A stretch of 64,000 bases of DNA from Octopus sinensis (Eukaryota), in contig NC_043008.1 of NCBI RefSeq assembly GCF_006345805.1, positions 58,342,001 through 58,406,000 of the forward strand, in the 5' to 3' direction. The position numbers and the translations under genes were made by a program. The notes beneath the pieces are model-generated. The model had not been told where the DNA came from. It did not search any database and was given only the letters and a program-made list of their open reading frames with translations. Numbering within the stretch: position 1 is the stretch's first letter; each line of letters opens with the position of its first letter. This document shows positions 12,171-23,821 of the stretch, one piece after another.

Positions 12171-12509
12171 TAGAAGTTGAGGGAACTTGGCTACGAAATT
12201 CTTCCTCACCCAGCTTACTTATTTCCCAGATCTTTCTCCTATCGACTACTACTTCTTCAAGCACCTTGATGAATTCTTGCAAAAGAGGGAGTTCAAAAAT
12301 CAAACCGATGCTGAAAGTGCGTTCAAAGAGTTCATCAGCTCCAGAACTCCAGATTTTTATTTTACCGGAATAAACAAACTTGTAAATTGTTGGCAAAAAT
12401 CTGTTGATTGTAATGGTATTCACATTGATGAATAAAATTTCCGCCTTGTTGAAAAATATTGTGATGAATTTCATGTTTTAAAACTTCGCATACTTTTCAC
12501 TCAGCCTGA
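12171..12509 (+). mobile_element. Mariner transposase 3' fragment with right terminal inverted repeat (TIR)
   Basis: KLRELGYEILPHPAY/PDLSPIDYYFFKHL...GINKLVNCWQKSVDCNG is a mariner C-terminus; ends ...cttttcactcagcctga followed by TA. Confidence 0.85.
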
Positions 12510-12561
12510 TAGTACCGAATCCTCCACTGTATCTGTTGTAATATGGAGGCAGTAGAATATA

Positions 12562-12969
12562 TGAACTCAGAACGTATTGGTAGACGAAATATCTATTTCT
12601 TTACTACCCACAAGGGGCTAAACACGGAGAGGATAAACAAGGACAGACAAACGGATTAAGTCGATTATATCGACTCCAGTGCGTAACTGGTATTTAATTT
12701 ATCGACTCCGAAAGGATGAAAGGTAAAGTCGACCTCGGCTGAATTTGAACTCAGAACATAACGACTAACGAAATACCTATTTCTTTACTACCCACAAGGG
12801 GCTAAACACGGAGAGGACAAACGAGGACAGACAAACGGATTAAGTCGATTATATCGACTACAGTGCGTAACTGGTATTTAATATATCGACCCCGAAAGGA
12901 TGAAAGGCAAAGTCGATCCCGGCTCCGCATTTCGCCCGGCGTGCTAACGTTTCTGCCAGCTCGCCGCCT
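12562..12969 (-). mobile_element. SINE family A tandem multimer (one full, one truncated, one stub)
   Basis: ctatttctttactacccacaaggggctaaacac repeated at about 12593 and 12777. Confidence 0.85.
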
Positions 12970-13086
12970 TGCGATGAAGAAGCTGATATCTATTACGTAT
13001 AAAACCATCAATGAACAAAGCTAAGAATCGGGAAAGAAAAAAAAAAGATAAAAGCGTAAAAGTAAAATGCAATAAGCAGTACACAT

Positions 13087-13317
13087 AGACATAGGCTTAG
13101 TAGTTCGGGTGTTAGATTCATGATCGTAAGATTGTGGTTTCGATTCCAGGATCGGGCGAGGCGTTGTGTTTTTGTGGAAACACTTAATTTCACGTTGTTT
13201 CAGTTTGCTCAGCTGGCAAAAATGAGTAATCTCGCAACGAATCGGCGTCTCGTCCAGGTGGGGAACATAAAAGCCACGGAAACCAGGAAACCGGCCCCTA
13301 TGAGTGAACATGACTCG
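13087..13317 (+). mobile_element. SINE family D' (OR-like head, short Meta-like tail)
   Basis: Matches 49965-50214; B box gtttcgattcc and core cactcagctggcaaaaatgagta. Confidence 0.8.
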
Positions 13318-14067
13318 TAAATCTGAACAAACCTGACAAAATTCTGAACAGTAAGTGTTTCAATTTTTAAAATTTCTTCTACATTACTTACACCCATGTA
13401 AATATATTCCTACCATTTCAAGGAAATATCAATATCTCAGATCAGCCACTGAGAAAAATACTTCATCACCAACTGATATACAAATTTTAATCACAGGTAT
13501 CCAAGCAATATAATTTTATTTATGATAAAAGTGTTTGAAGAATATTATTAAAAGTTATATCCATGTAGCAAACGTTATTTAAGTATTTACTTTTTAAGAG
13601 GAATAAGTTCGTTTCTGTCTGAAAAAATAAATCTATTATATTTCAATACGAAAAGCTGGCCGCAGTATTTGCTTTTATATAAATACTTAATAGGATATAG
13701 CATTTTTCAATGAATTTCCGATGTTTAAAAATTATTTATTCCCAGGCAGAGATAAAATGTATTTATCGATCTTCTTACCTTTTAACATTCTGCTCCAGAA
13801 GTATAAGTAATTTTAACTATGTTTAGGATGTTGTAATAGAAAAATAATTAGATTTTCTGTATTTACAAAAGCAGAGGAAAAAAAAAGAAAAAACGCAGCG
13901 TGTGAAAGACGAAGAAATGTGCGAAGTATATATAATACGGCGATGCACTTAATAATAGTTGCATAATAATTTTATGCATAATTATACACAAAGTTATGTA
14001 AATTCACATATCGGTATTCGCATACGTACACACACATAGAATCACACACCTACAAATACACGTCTGA

Positions 14068-14317
14068 CCGTATATATATATATATATATAAATATATATA
14101 TATTTATAGCAATAATAATTCTCTAAATATATATACATATATTATTTATATATATATCTATATGTATATATATATATATATTATATATATATATATATAA
14201 TATATATATATATATATAATATATATATATATATTATATATATATATATGTATATATATTTAAGCATACATGCATATTTGCATACAAGCGCATGTACACA
14301 CTCACACAGACACACAG

Positions 14318-14365
<48 letters not shown>
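14068..14365. repeat. (TA)n microsatellite cluster
   Basis: Direct repeats. Confidence 0.95.
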
Positions 14366-14367
<2 letters not shown>

Positions 14368-14847
14368 GAATATAAACATATAGGTATGCATATTATATAC
14401 AAATATTTACACGCAAATATACCTGTAATTTACTATACGTATGGATACACACACACACACTCACTGACATACGCGCATGCACACATTTATGTATGTATTT
14501 AAGAATGTCACTGTGTTTATATGTGCGTGCGTGATTTTGTGAACTTGAATGTCCGTCGTAGTCTTTACGCGGTCAACAAAAATATATACGCCATTTTGAA
14601 TATCCAAATGTATTTCAACATTTCCAGTATTTTTTTTTGTTATTACCATTATATATATTTTTTCGTCTCAAACTCATTGAAAGTCAAGCCGTTATTGATT
14701 AAATAGATGGAATTAAAACTACTCACATTGAATCTCAACAGGAAAATAACTCATTAAAGTGATCAATCGAGAATTGTCTGCCGAGGTAACGTAACACGGG
14801 AATGATTTGAAAAGCAAATTTAAAAGTCGCATAAGAAAATATTACAA

Positions 14848-14861
14848 TTCATCATCATCGA

Positions 14862-14912
<51 letters not shown>

Positions 14913-15038
14913 TATTATTATTATTATTATTACTATTACTACTATTATTATTATTATTATTATTATTACTATTATTACTATTACTATTATTGTTATTATT
15001 ATTACTATTATTACTATTACTACTACTACTACTACTAC

Positions 15039-15087
<49 letters not shown>

Positions 15088-15090
15088 GTT
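14848..15090. repeat. (ATC)n/(ATT)n/(ACT)n compound trinucleotide microsatellite
   Basis: Direct repeats; source of the poly-L and poly-N ORFs. Confidence 0.95.
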
Positions 15091-15244
15091 TATGATTGTT
15101 ATTATCTTGCTAAGTATAATTTTTTTGTTTATAGCATTGTCATCGTTGATAGATAGACGCAGTGCCAATCCTAACATTCTTTGCATAAACAACATGCATG
15201 TATATATATATATGCGTATAATGTATACATATATTTATACTTAT

Positions 15245-15249
15245 GTGTG

Positions 15250-15300
<51 letters not shown>

Positions 15301-15658
15301 TATATTATATATATATATATATATATGCTTATCTATACAAATATAGATACATGCATATATGCATTCACACATATACATCCATTCGTATATATACATTCGT
15401 ATATATATTCGTGTACATATTCGTATATGCATTCGAGTATAATGTACACACTCACATACACGCACACACTTGCACACATACAAACTTGCACACATACAAA
15501 CTTGCACAGAGACACACTCGCACACACACTTCCACACTCACACTTGCACACACACACACACACACACACACTTGCGCACATACACAATTGCACGAACACA
15601 CACACTTGCACACACACTTGCACATACACACACACTTGCACACACACACACATACTTG

Positions 15659-15692
<34 letters not shown>

Positions 15693-15775
15693 CACACGCA
15701 CATACACTTGCACACACACATATAGATGTGTGTGTGTGTGTGTGTATGTGTGTGTGCGATTGTGTCTGTGTATGT
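15245..15775. repeat. (TA)n, then degenerate (CA)n with periodic CTTG interruptions, then (GT)n
   Basis: Recurrent acacttgcacaca motif. Confidence 0.9.
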
Positions 15776-16746
15776 ATTTCATCGCAGTCTCTTTTATTCT
15801 TTTTTTGCTCTTTATGTTCTGTGTATTTTCTGTGCATGATAATAATCACCGATCGATTCATCTTAAGTCAACGCAATATTTATTGATTCCGAGTTAGTGA
15901 GTTTACTCCCACCCTCTACCACATTGTTTTTATTTCATATATATTTTAGGATGATTTTTAACATTTTTTTTTGTCATATTGTTTTCGTTCTTTTTTCTTA
16001 CTCTTAGTTTGGCTACTAACATGTTAGCAGAATAATGGAGAGATTCCATTTGAATCAGCTATTCTCTCTCGTCTAATTTTCGCTTTTCCTCCCCGTTCTG
16101 TAAGTCGATTCCATACACACACACAAAAGCATAGATAGGCACATACACAAAGACACAAACACAGATCATGAGAACAAATATGATCTGCCATAGATTTTCA
16201 CCATATGTCGACTGGCTGTTGTCGCTTTTTACTCCGCTGGAGTATTCACTCGGGCGAGATGTGTATATAAATCCATTAAAATATGACATAGTTTTGGCAT
16301 GTACTAAGTAATACGTATATGTCTGTCTGTTTGTCCGCCTGTCTGGCTATCAATCTGACTATATGCACGTACGTAAGTGTGTATATACGAATGTATGTAT
16401 ACATTAGTGTATGTGAGTTCTATGCAGGTCTGTCTGTATAGGTGGTCGTATTTATGTTTTGTATGTTTGTAAGTATACAAGTATGTTTGGGTGCGTGTAT
16501 GTACTGTTGTATGTAGGCGTGTATGTTTATACGTGAGTATGTATAGCTGTATGTATCAAGGTATGAGTGTAATGCATGTGGGCATGTATCTATATATTTG
16601 GGTCACGCATGATGTGTCTAGGTAAGCCATATAATGCTTTTATATATATGTACATGTGTATGTATATGTAAATATGTATATACACATACATACATACATA
16701 CATACATGCATACATACATTCATACATACATGTATACATACATACA

Positions 16747-16797
<51 letters not shown>

Positions 16798-16854
16798 CCT
16801 TATACACAAAAGAATGCATTTCCATATATATACTTGCGTCTATGTATGTGTTAA

Positions 16855-16889
<35 letters not shown>

Positions 16890-16988
16890 CCCGCATACAT
16901 TACACTCATATTTACACACAATCGAATGCATTTGATATCTATATCTATATATAGAAGCTTGTTTCTATGTATGTGTGTTATGTATATA

Positions 16989-17908
16989 TTGGGCCAGCCC
17001 ATAAATAATGAGGTTTTTATTATACTTCTTTTATTGTTCAAACTTGAGATAAACAAATTCTTTTTAAATCTAAAATAGACACTCCTATATTTTCTACAAT
17101 GCTTTTCCATCTATCTGGTAGACTTGCAAGGCCCCTCTTCTACAATTCTCTTGTCTGTGACGAAAGAAACTCCTTGAGTTCTGTTCTAACCTCGTGTACA
17201 GAATTCATATTTTTTCTGTTCGAATGATTTTGAAAACTGCGGAATAAATGATAATCAGATGGGGCAATGTCCGGCGAATATGGTGAGTGTGGCATCGCTT
17301 ACCATTCAAACTGCTCCAGCTTTTGGAATGTTATCTTCGCTGTATGTTGCTGAGTATTATTCTGATAGAACACTTTTCGCCTTGAAACCAAAGATGGTGG
17401 CTTTTCTTCTATCACTGGCTTGAATAACTGGTTGACTGACCAAATTCAAGCTTCTCTACTAGTTTCTAAACAGTTACGATGGGGATTTGTTCTTCCACTG
17501 TTTGCAGGACGTCCTCGACGAGCTCTACAAACCTTCCAGGACGAGGTTCGTCTTCTAGGCTGTAGTTTCCGGTTTGGAATTTCTGGAACCACTGTTGACA
17601 CTGGCTTATGCTTATTGTCCGATCCCCATATACTGCATTAATATTCCTCGCACTTTCCGGTGCGTTGTTGCCTTTATTGAACTTATAAAGTAAAAATGCC
17701 GAATATGCTCCTTTCACACTTCCATTATAGCTTTGAAAAAATAACTGTTAAAATCGAACTGCACTCTTCAAAACTTGCACTAAGAATAATTCTAAGGTAA
17801 GATTACTACCTGCTTTTATAGTAACTTGATGCAGGTAGTTTATCCCGCCCCTTTCTGGTTTTTAGTTCATGCAATTGAAAGAACCGCATCATTTATGGAA
17901 TAACCCAG
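16989..17908 (-). mobile_element. Internally deleted mariner element (about 920 bp)
   Basis: Imperfect TIRs ttgggccagcccataaataatgaggtt and aaccgcatcatttatggaataacccag with flanking TA. ORF 17466-17717 gives a mariner N-terminal HTH (SARNINAVYGDRTIS...WFQKFQTGNYSLEDEPRPGR). Confidence 0.9.
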
Positions 17909-17914
17909 TATATA

Positions 17915-17945
<31 letters not shown>

Positions 17946-17946
17946 G

Positions 17947-18140
17947 TAGGAAAAAAGCAACAAGAATGGATTAAAATATGCGAAACAATTGTACCGATAT
18001 TTTAATCCATTCTTGTTGCTTTTTTCCTATTTGTAATCACCCCCTTGTCGTATGGTTAACACCATATAGATTTCCGGTGCATCCTAGTTAAGGACCATAT
18101 TCATGTGAATTCATTAGAATTCACTTGAATCTCAATTACT
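17947..18140 (+). mobile_element. Short (TA)n-flanked element: perfect 33-bp fold-back whose loop is a hammerhead 3' half
   Basis: Arms 17947-17979 and 17997-18029 are exact reverse complements. The 17-nt loop gcGAAACaattGTAccg carries a palindromic stem III (ACAATTGT) and a GUA triplet. Confidence 0.7.
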
Positions 18141-18150
18141 TAAACCGTAT

Positions 18151-18191
<41 letters not shown>

Positions 18192-18200
18192 CATTGAGAC

Positions 18201-18528
18201 TGACTGTGGGATTGCACCTAGAAAGTTACCCTCCCAGGCACAAGTTCAGGCAAGGTTGTTTATGGAGGACCAGCAGTCGCCCATGCATACCAACCTCCCC
18301 TCTCCACGCCACCAAGGGAAAGGCAACGGCCGATACAGCTTGGCCTCTGTGACGTCGTAACTAATTTCTACAGCTGAGTGAATTGGGGCAACACCTATAT
18401 TATCATTGTTATTATTATCAATTATAAGTAAAATAAAGTGCCTTGCTCAAGAACACATCACGCAGCCCGGTCCAGGATTCGAACTCACGATCTTAAGCTC
18501 GACGCTCTAACCACTGAACCATGCGCCT
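18201..18528 (-). mobile_element. SINE family C
   Basis: Reverse complement of 3664-3977, with about 30 bp of AT-rich insertion. Confidence 0.9.
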
Positions 18529-18755
18529 TATATATATATATTATATATATATATAATATATATATTATATATACAAGCAATAAAGGTTTAGCAACGAATG
18601 CCTTACCACATACCGAATTTAGAAATAGCAGTCAAAGAGTTATAGCTATTTCTTCTACTAAAAAGGAGATCTCAGTAAAAACAGCAATTGGAAGGCAGAC
18701 ACAAACAGGTAAGAGAGAATGAATTGACGGCAATCTATCATACAATTTTAAGTTA

Positions 18756-18854
18756 TCTACGGACGCACGTTTCGAAATCAAGTTTTTAGGAAAGCATAAG
18801 AATTAAATATTAAATAATTCTACCTTACCAAAACTTCTTTTCTCTTCACGTAGA
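18756..18854 (-). ncRNA. Type I hammerhead ribozyme, unit 1 (core C3 missing in this copy)
   Basis: tctacg-TGAAGA-gaaa..tttc-GAAAC-gtgc-GTC-cgtaga; one base is missing relative to unit 3, by mutation or sequence error. Confidence 0.7.
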
Positions 18855-19346
18855 ATACTATAATCATAAATGATTATATATTGAATTTGAGATACTAGAA
18901 GGCACCAACTCAACTCAGTATCAGAGCGAGCTAGAATCCGCAACTAGTATCCCCAAATTCAAAGTGTGAATGAAAAGGTTGTTGTCACCAGCCCCTTCCC
19001 ACCCGCGTGTAGCCAAAACAAGATGCTGTGGTCATCTACTGAGATAAAATATGGTTATCCGTAATAATGAAGGGTGAAATTAATTAATTTGGAATAATTA
19101 TCAATTACACCAAGTAGTCTTCGGCATGTAAAGCCTCATTCGAGGAAAATTTAAGTAATACTAAGCAATAAAGGGTTTAGCAACGAATTGCCTTACCACA
19201 TACCGAATTTAGAAATAGCAGTCAAAGAGTTATAGCTATTTCTTCTACTAAAAAGGGAGATCTCAGTAAAAACAGGAATTGGAAGGCAGACACAAACAGG
19301 TAAGAGAGAATGAATTGACGGCAATCTATCATACAATTTTAAGTTA

Positions 19347-19445
19347 TTACGGACGCACGTTTCGAAATCAAGTTTTTAGGAAAGCATAAGAATTAAATAT
19401 TAAATAATTCTAACTTACCAAAACTTCTTTTCTCTTCAGCGTAGA
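19347..19445 (-). ncRNA. Type I hammerhead ribozyme, unit 2
   Basis: Intact CTGAAGA/GAAA core and GTC triplet; the 3' strand of stem I has a 1-bp deletion (cgtaa). Confidence 0.8.
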
Positions 19446-19936
19446 ATACTATAATCATAAATGATTATATATTGAATTTTGAGATACTAGAAGGCACCAA
19501 CTCAACTCAGTATCAGAGCGAGCTAGAATCCGCAACTAGTATCCCCAAATTCAAAGTGTGAATGAAAAGGTTGTGTCACCAGCCCCTTCCCACCCGCGTG
19601 TAGCCAAAACAAGATGCTGTGGTCATCTACTGAGATAAAATATGGTTATCCGTAATAATGAAGGGTGAAATTAATTAATTTGGAATAATTATCAATTACA
19701 CCAAGTAGTCTTCGGCATGTAAAGCCTCATTCGAGGAAAATTTAAGTAATACTAAGCAATAAAGGGTTTAGCAACGAATTGCCTTACCACATACCGAATT
19801 TAGAAATAGCAGTCAAGAGTTATAGCTATTTCTTCTACTAAAAAGGGAGATCTCAGTAAAAACAGCAATTGGAAGGCAGACACAAACAGGTAAGAGAGAA
19901 TGAATTGACAGCAATCTATCATACAATTTTAAGTTA

Positions 19937-20036
19937 TCTACGGACGCACGTTTCGAAATCAAGTTTTTAGGAAAGCATAAGAATTAAATATTAAATAATT
20001 CTAACTTACCAAAACTTCTTTTCTCTTCAGCGTAGA
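19937..20036 (-). ncRNA. Type I hammerhead ribozyme, unit 3 (intact)
   Basis: Stem I TCTACG/CGTAGA; CTGAAGA; 69-nt stem II closed by GAAA/TTTC with inner helices aagtttt/aaaactt and agaatta/taattct; GAAAC-GTGC-GTC. Predicted cleavage between 19943 and 19942. Confidence 0.88.
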
Positions 20037-20779
20037 ATACTATAATCATAAATGATTATATATTGAATTTTGAGATACTAGAAGGCACCAACTCAACTCA
20101 GTATCAGAGCGAGCTAGAATCCGCAACTAGTATCCCCAAATTCAAAGTGTGAATGAAAAGGTTGTGTCACCAGCCCCTTCCCATCCGCGTGTAGCCAAAA
20201 CAAGATGCTGTGGTCATCTACTGAGATAAAATATGGTTATCCGTAATAATGAAGAGTGAAATTAATTAATTTGGAATAATTATCAATTACACCAAGTAGT
20301 CTTCGGCATGTAAAGCCTCATTCGAGGAAAATTTAAGTAATACTAAGCAATAAAGGGTTAGCAACGAATTGCCTTACCACATACCGAATTTAGAAATAGC
20401 AGTCAAAGAGTTATAGCTATTTCTTCTACTAAAAAGGAGATCTCAGTAAAAACAGCAATGGAAGGCAGACACAAACAGGTAAGAGAGAATGAATTGACGG
20501 CAATCTATCATAACAATTTTAAGTTATCTACGTAGATAACTTAAAATTGTATGATAGATTGCCGTCAATTCATTCTCTCTTACCTGTTGGTCTGCCTTCC
20601 AATTGCTGTTTTTACTGAGATCTCCTTTTTAGTAGAAGAAATAGCTATAACTCTTTGACTGCTATTTCTAAATTCGGTATGTGGTAAGGCAATTCGTTGC
20701 TAAACCTTTATTGCTTAGTATTACTTAAATTTTCCTCGAATGAGGCTTTACATGCCGAAGACTACTTGTGTAATTGATT

Positions 20780-20805
20780 ATATATATAATATATATACAT
20801 TATAT

Positions 20806-20880
<75 letters not shown>
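20780..20880. repeat. (TA)n microsatellite
   Basis: Direct repeat. Confidence 0.95.
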
Positions 20881-20884
<4 letters not shown>

Positions 20885-21415
20885 CATATGTGCGTGTGTA
20901 TGTGTGTATGTGAGTGTATAATTGCATTGCGCGTGTTTGCATCTGATAGATAGGAGATATTTGCGAACAGCAATTTTCGATGGAGAACGAAAAAGAAAAG
21001 GATTTCTTTTCATGAGGAAAATGTACAACTATTGTTCTATTTCCATCTCACATTTTATAATGTATCAGATATTGTTTATATTAAAATGCTTGGTGTTGAT
21101 CGATAATGTATCATAGTATTATTCCTATTTGCACAAACAGACGTGCTTGTACTTTTCACCATCCGTTCGTGAAACAGTGGAGAACATAGCGAAATGGTTT
21201 TTTAAAACATCAGGATGTAACTCTGCACTTTCGTCGATATATAAATTCCAATTTATTCAACAGAAATACATAGGTGTACACGTAGGCATATATATATATA
21301 TATATATAGGTATGTATGTGTATATATGTACACACATATACATATATATATAAATGTATATATATTTATACATATGTATATATGTATCTACATATATATA
21401 CATATGTGTATAAGC

Positions 21416-21478
<63 letters not shown>

Positions 21479-21841
21479 GAGTAAACTTTGAATGTAAACA
21501 CTCGAAGAAAGATATTATTGTTAATATTGTCTGTGGTGAATATATGTAATTTATAATAATAACAATGATAATATAGGTGTTTCCAGGTTTTTAAACAGCA
21601 TTATACAGGAATTCAATGAATTTTAAAATCAGCACTCAGCTTAAGGACGCAGAAGGCATAATGGTATATTTTTAATTGTTTAATTCTTTAACCGTTCGCT
21701 CGCCTACTGTGGCCTCTGTCACATTTCGACGCTTTCGGTGGTGGATTTGGGATTCTAACTCCTATTTCTAAACACAGTGATGCTTCGTGCGTGCTTAAGC
21801 TTAGTGCTAATTTTTAATTTTATATCTATTTATATCTGTGT

Positions 21842-21902
<61 letters not shown>

Positions 21903-23034
21903 ATATATATATGGAAGTTACATATATATATATAATTCTGCCTAAAAAATGGATCTACAATTTCAATATCCCTGCATATCTCACATCTATTTTCTTTCCT
22001 CTACCTTACTCTCAATTTTGTATCCTATCTAAACTAACTATTACTTACCATCCGCTCACACCGTCTCTTATGTAGAGATATAATTAATAAATATCCTGGA
22101 AACAGCTGCTACGACATGAATGTGGTACGTTTTCTGTGCCGGTACATATTTCTTCATAATATCAACAAGGGAAATTTTAAATAAAATCACAGTAGACAAG
22201 GCGGATTTAAATGATGACAAATTTCAATTGACGCTATATACGAGAGCGGTGGCTAAGTGGATGCACGTTATGGGTTGAAAAATCTTCAGAGGAAGAACTC
22301 TCGTCAGGCGCTTCGGCCCGTCAGTTCCTGACACTCTAAGGGACCCAAGGACACTTAAGTCATGACTCATTGGTGTTCTCCTGCTATTTTCGAATTACTA
22401 TCGTTAGTAGGGTTTGAATCTGAAAACATAGGACTAGATCACAGATTTTGGAATGCCTTAAACAAAACAAAGCTTATAATTGAAAATATAGAAAAAGATA
22501 TGAAGATCCATTAATAAATCACTAATTAGTAGGTTTGAAAATCGACCCGCCAACCCACCGATACAAACAGCAGATTTTTGCAGCGCTTTCAGCACCAACA
22601 AACAAGTGAAGTACAAATCTGGCCCAAAATTATGCCACGTGCCGATTATGGAAGAGCTGCACAGGGAAAACACCACAAAAGGAAAAAAGGAGAAATGTAT
22701 CGTAGTGTAAGAGCACCGACGAGAGTACAAAGGAGATTCGATGTCAGCATCTATGTTTTAACAACAGAGCATATGTATAGACAAGGAATAAAACAATAAA
22801 GTGGAAATGTTTTACGCACATCGTGTTTTTTTTCTATTTTCTGTGTTAGATTGATATCTGTCATATTGGTATTGTCGATATGTCTGAAAAAAAGTAAATA
22901 AGCAAGCAAATATTTTGGTGCATGTTGCATAACGCTACGTTAGATCATCTTCCATTTATTGCCTGCTAAAATTGTTTTAAAAAATGCTATACCATCTCTT
23001 ACTGTCTCTCTCGCCCTCTCTCTCACACGTACAT

Positions 23035-23066
<32 letters not shown>

Positions 23067-23068
23067 GA

Positions 23069-23104
<36 letters not shown>

Positions 23105-23131
23105 AGGCATGTATGTATGTATGCATGTATG

Positions 23132-23173
<42 letters not shown>

Positions 23174-23589
23174 CGCACGTGTGTGTGTGAGTATAATCTC
23201 ATTCTTTTATTCTGGGAAGGTCATAATACCAATAAATATGCTCAATAAAAATTCCCAAAGTGCAACAATATTATAAGAATATATATTCCAGAAATGTTTC
23301 AATCGATAGTATAGGCAAAACACACACACACACACACACACACGCACGCGCTAACACACATGTATATATGTAAGTATATATGTGTGTGCGTGCTTTTTTA
23401 CGTGTATGTGCATAATTTAATTTTAGTGAAGTTTACTTGTATGAAGTTACCACCACCATCCAAACACGTCTCTTTTTTTCCCACTTCATACCTAGCATAT
23501 CAACACTAGTTTTTCAATTCAAAATATTTGTGCTTCCTTGTGTGCCTTTTGTGTGCCTATTTTCAATCCGGATTCCATTATACAATATT

Positions 23590-23821
23590 TATTTCTTTAC
23601 TACCCACAAGGGGCTAAACACAGAGGGGACAAACAAGGACAGACAAACGGATTAAGTCGATTCCATCGACCCCAGTGCGTAACTGGTACTTAATTTATCG
23701 ACCCCGAAAGGATGAAAGGCAAAGTCAACCTCGGCGGAATTTGAACTCAGAACGTAACGGCAGACGAAATACGACTTCGCATTTCGCCCGGCGTGCTAAC
23801 GTTTCTGCCAGCTCGCCGCCT
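23590..23821 (-). mobile_element. Full-length SINE family A with 17-bp TSD
   Basis: ttccattatacaatatt at 23573-23589 and 23822-23838. Confidence 0.95.

Larger units (their letters stand above)
18574..20778 (-). mobile_element. Tandem array of 590-bp non-coding hammerhead-bearing units (retrozyme or Penelope pseudo-LTR-like) with terminal fold-back
   Basis: Units start at 18574, 19163, 19754 and 20345 and are near-identical, differing mostly by 1-bp indels. Inverted arm at 20531-20778. (TA)n on both sides. Confidence 0.9.

Noticed and set aside
14807-15346. 179-aa ORF with poly-S and poly-L, and the many YI, HT and CV-repeat ORFs across the window
   Set aside because: They are translations of (ATC)n, (ATT)n, (TA)n and (CA)n microsatellites, with no protein-like complexity.
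20296-20327. Second hammerhead-like hairpin in the 590-bp unit (CTCGAATGA-ggc tttacat gcc-GAAG)
   Set aside because: Both core halves deviate, there is no stem I, and it is not conserved in the 61-kb homologue.
21640-21810. GC-richer island between (TA)n tracts, considered as snRNA or ribozyme
   Set aside because: No match to the U1-U6 sequences I know and no hammerhead core; left unclassified.
22531-22707. Open frame FENRPANPP...KEKCIVV with a gtaaga donor-like site
   Set aside because: No recognisable homology and a poor acceptor; unsupported without RNA data.
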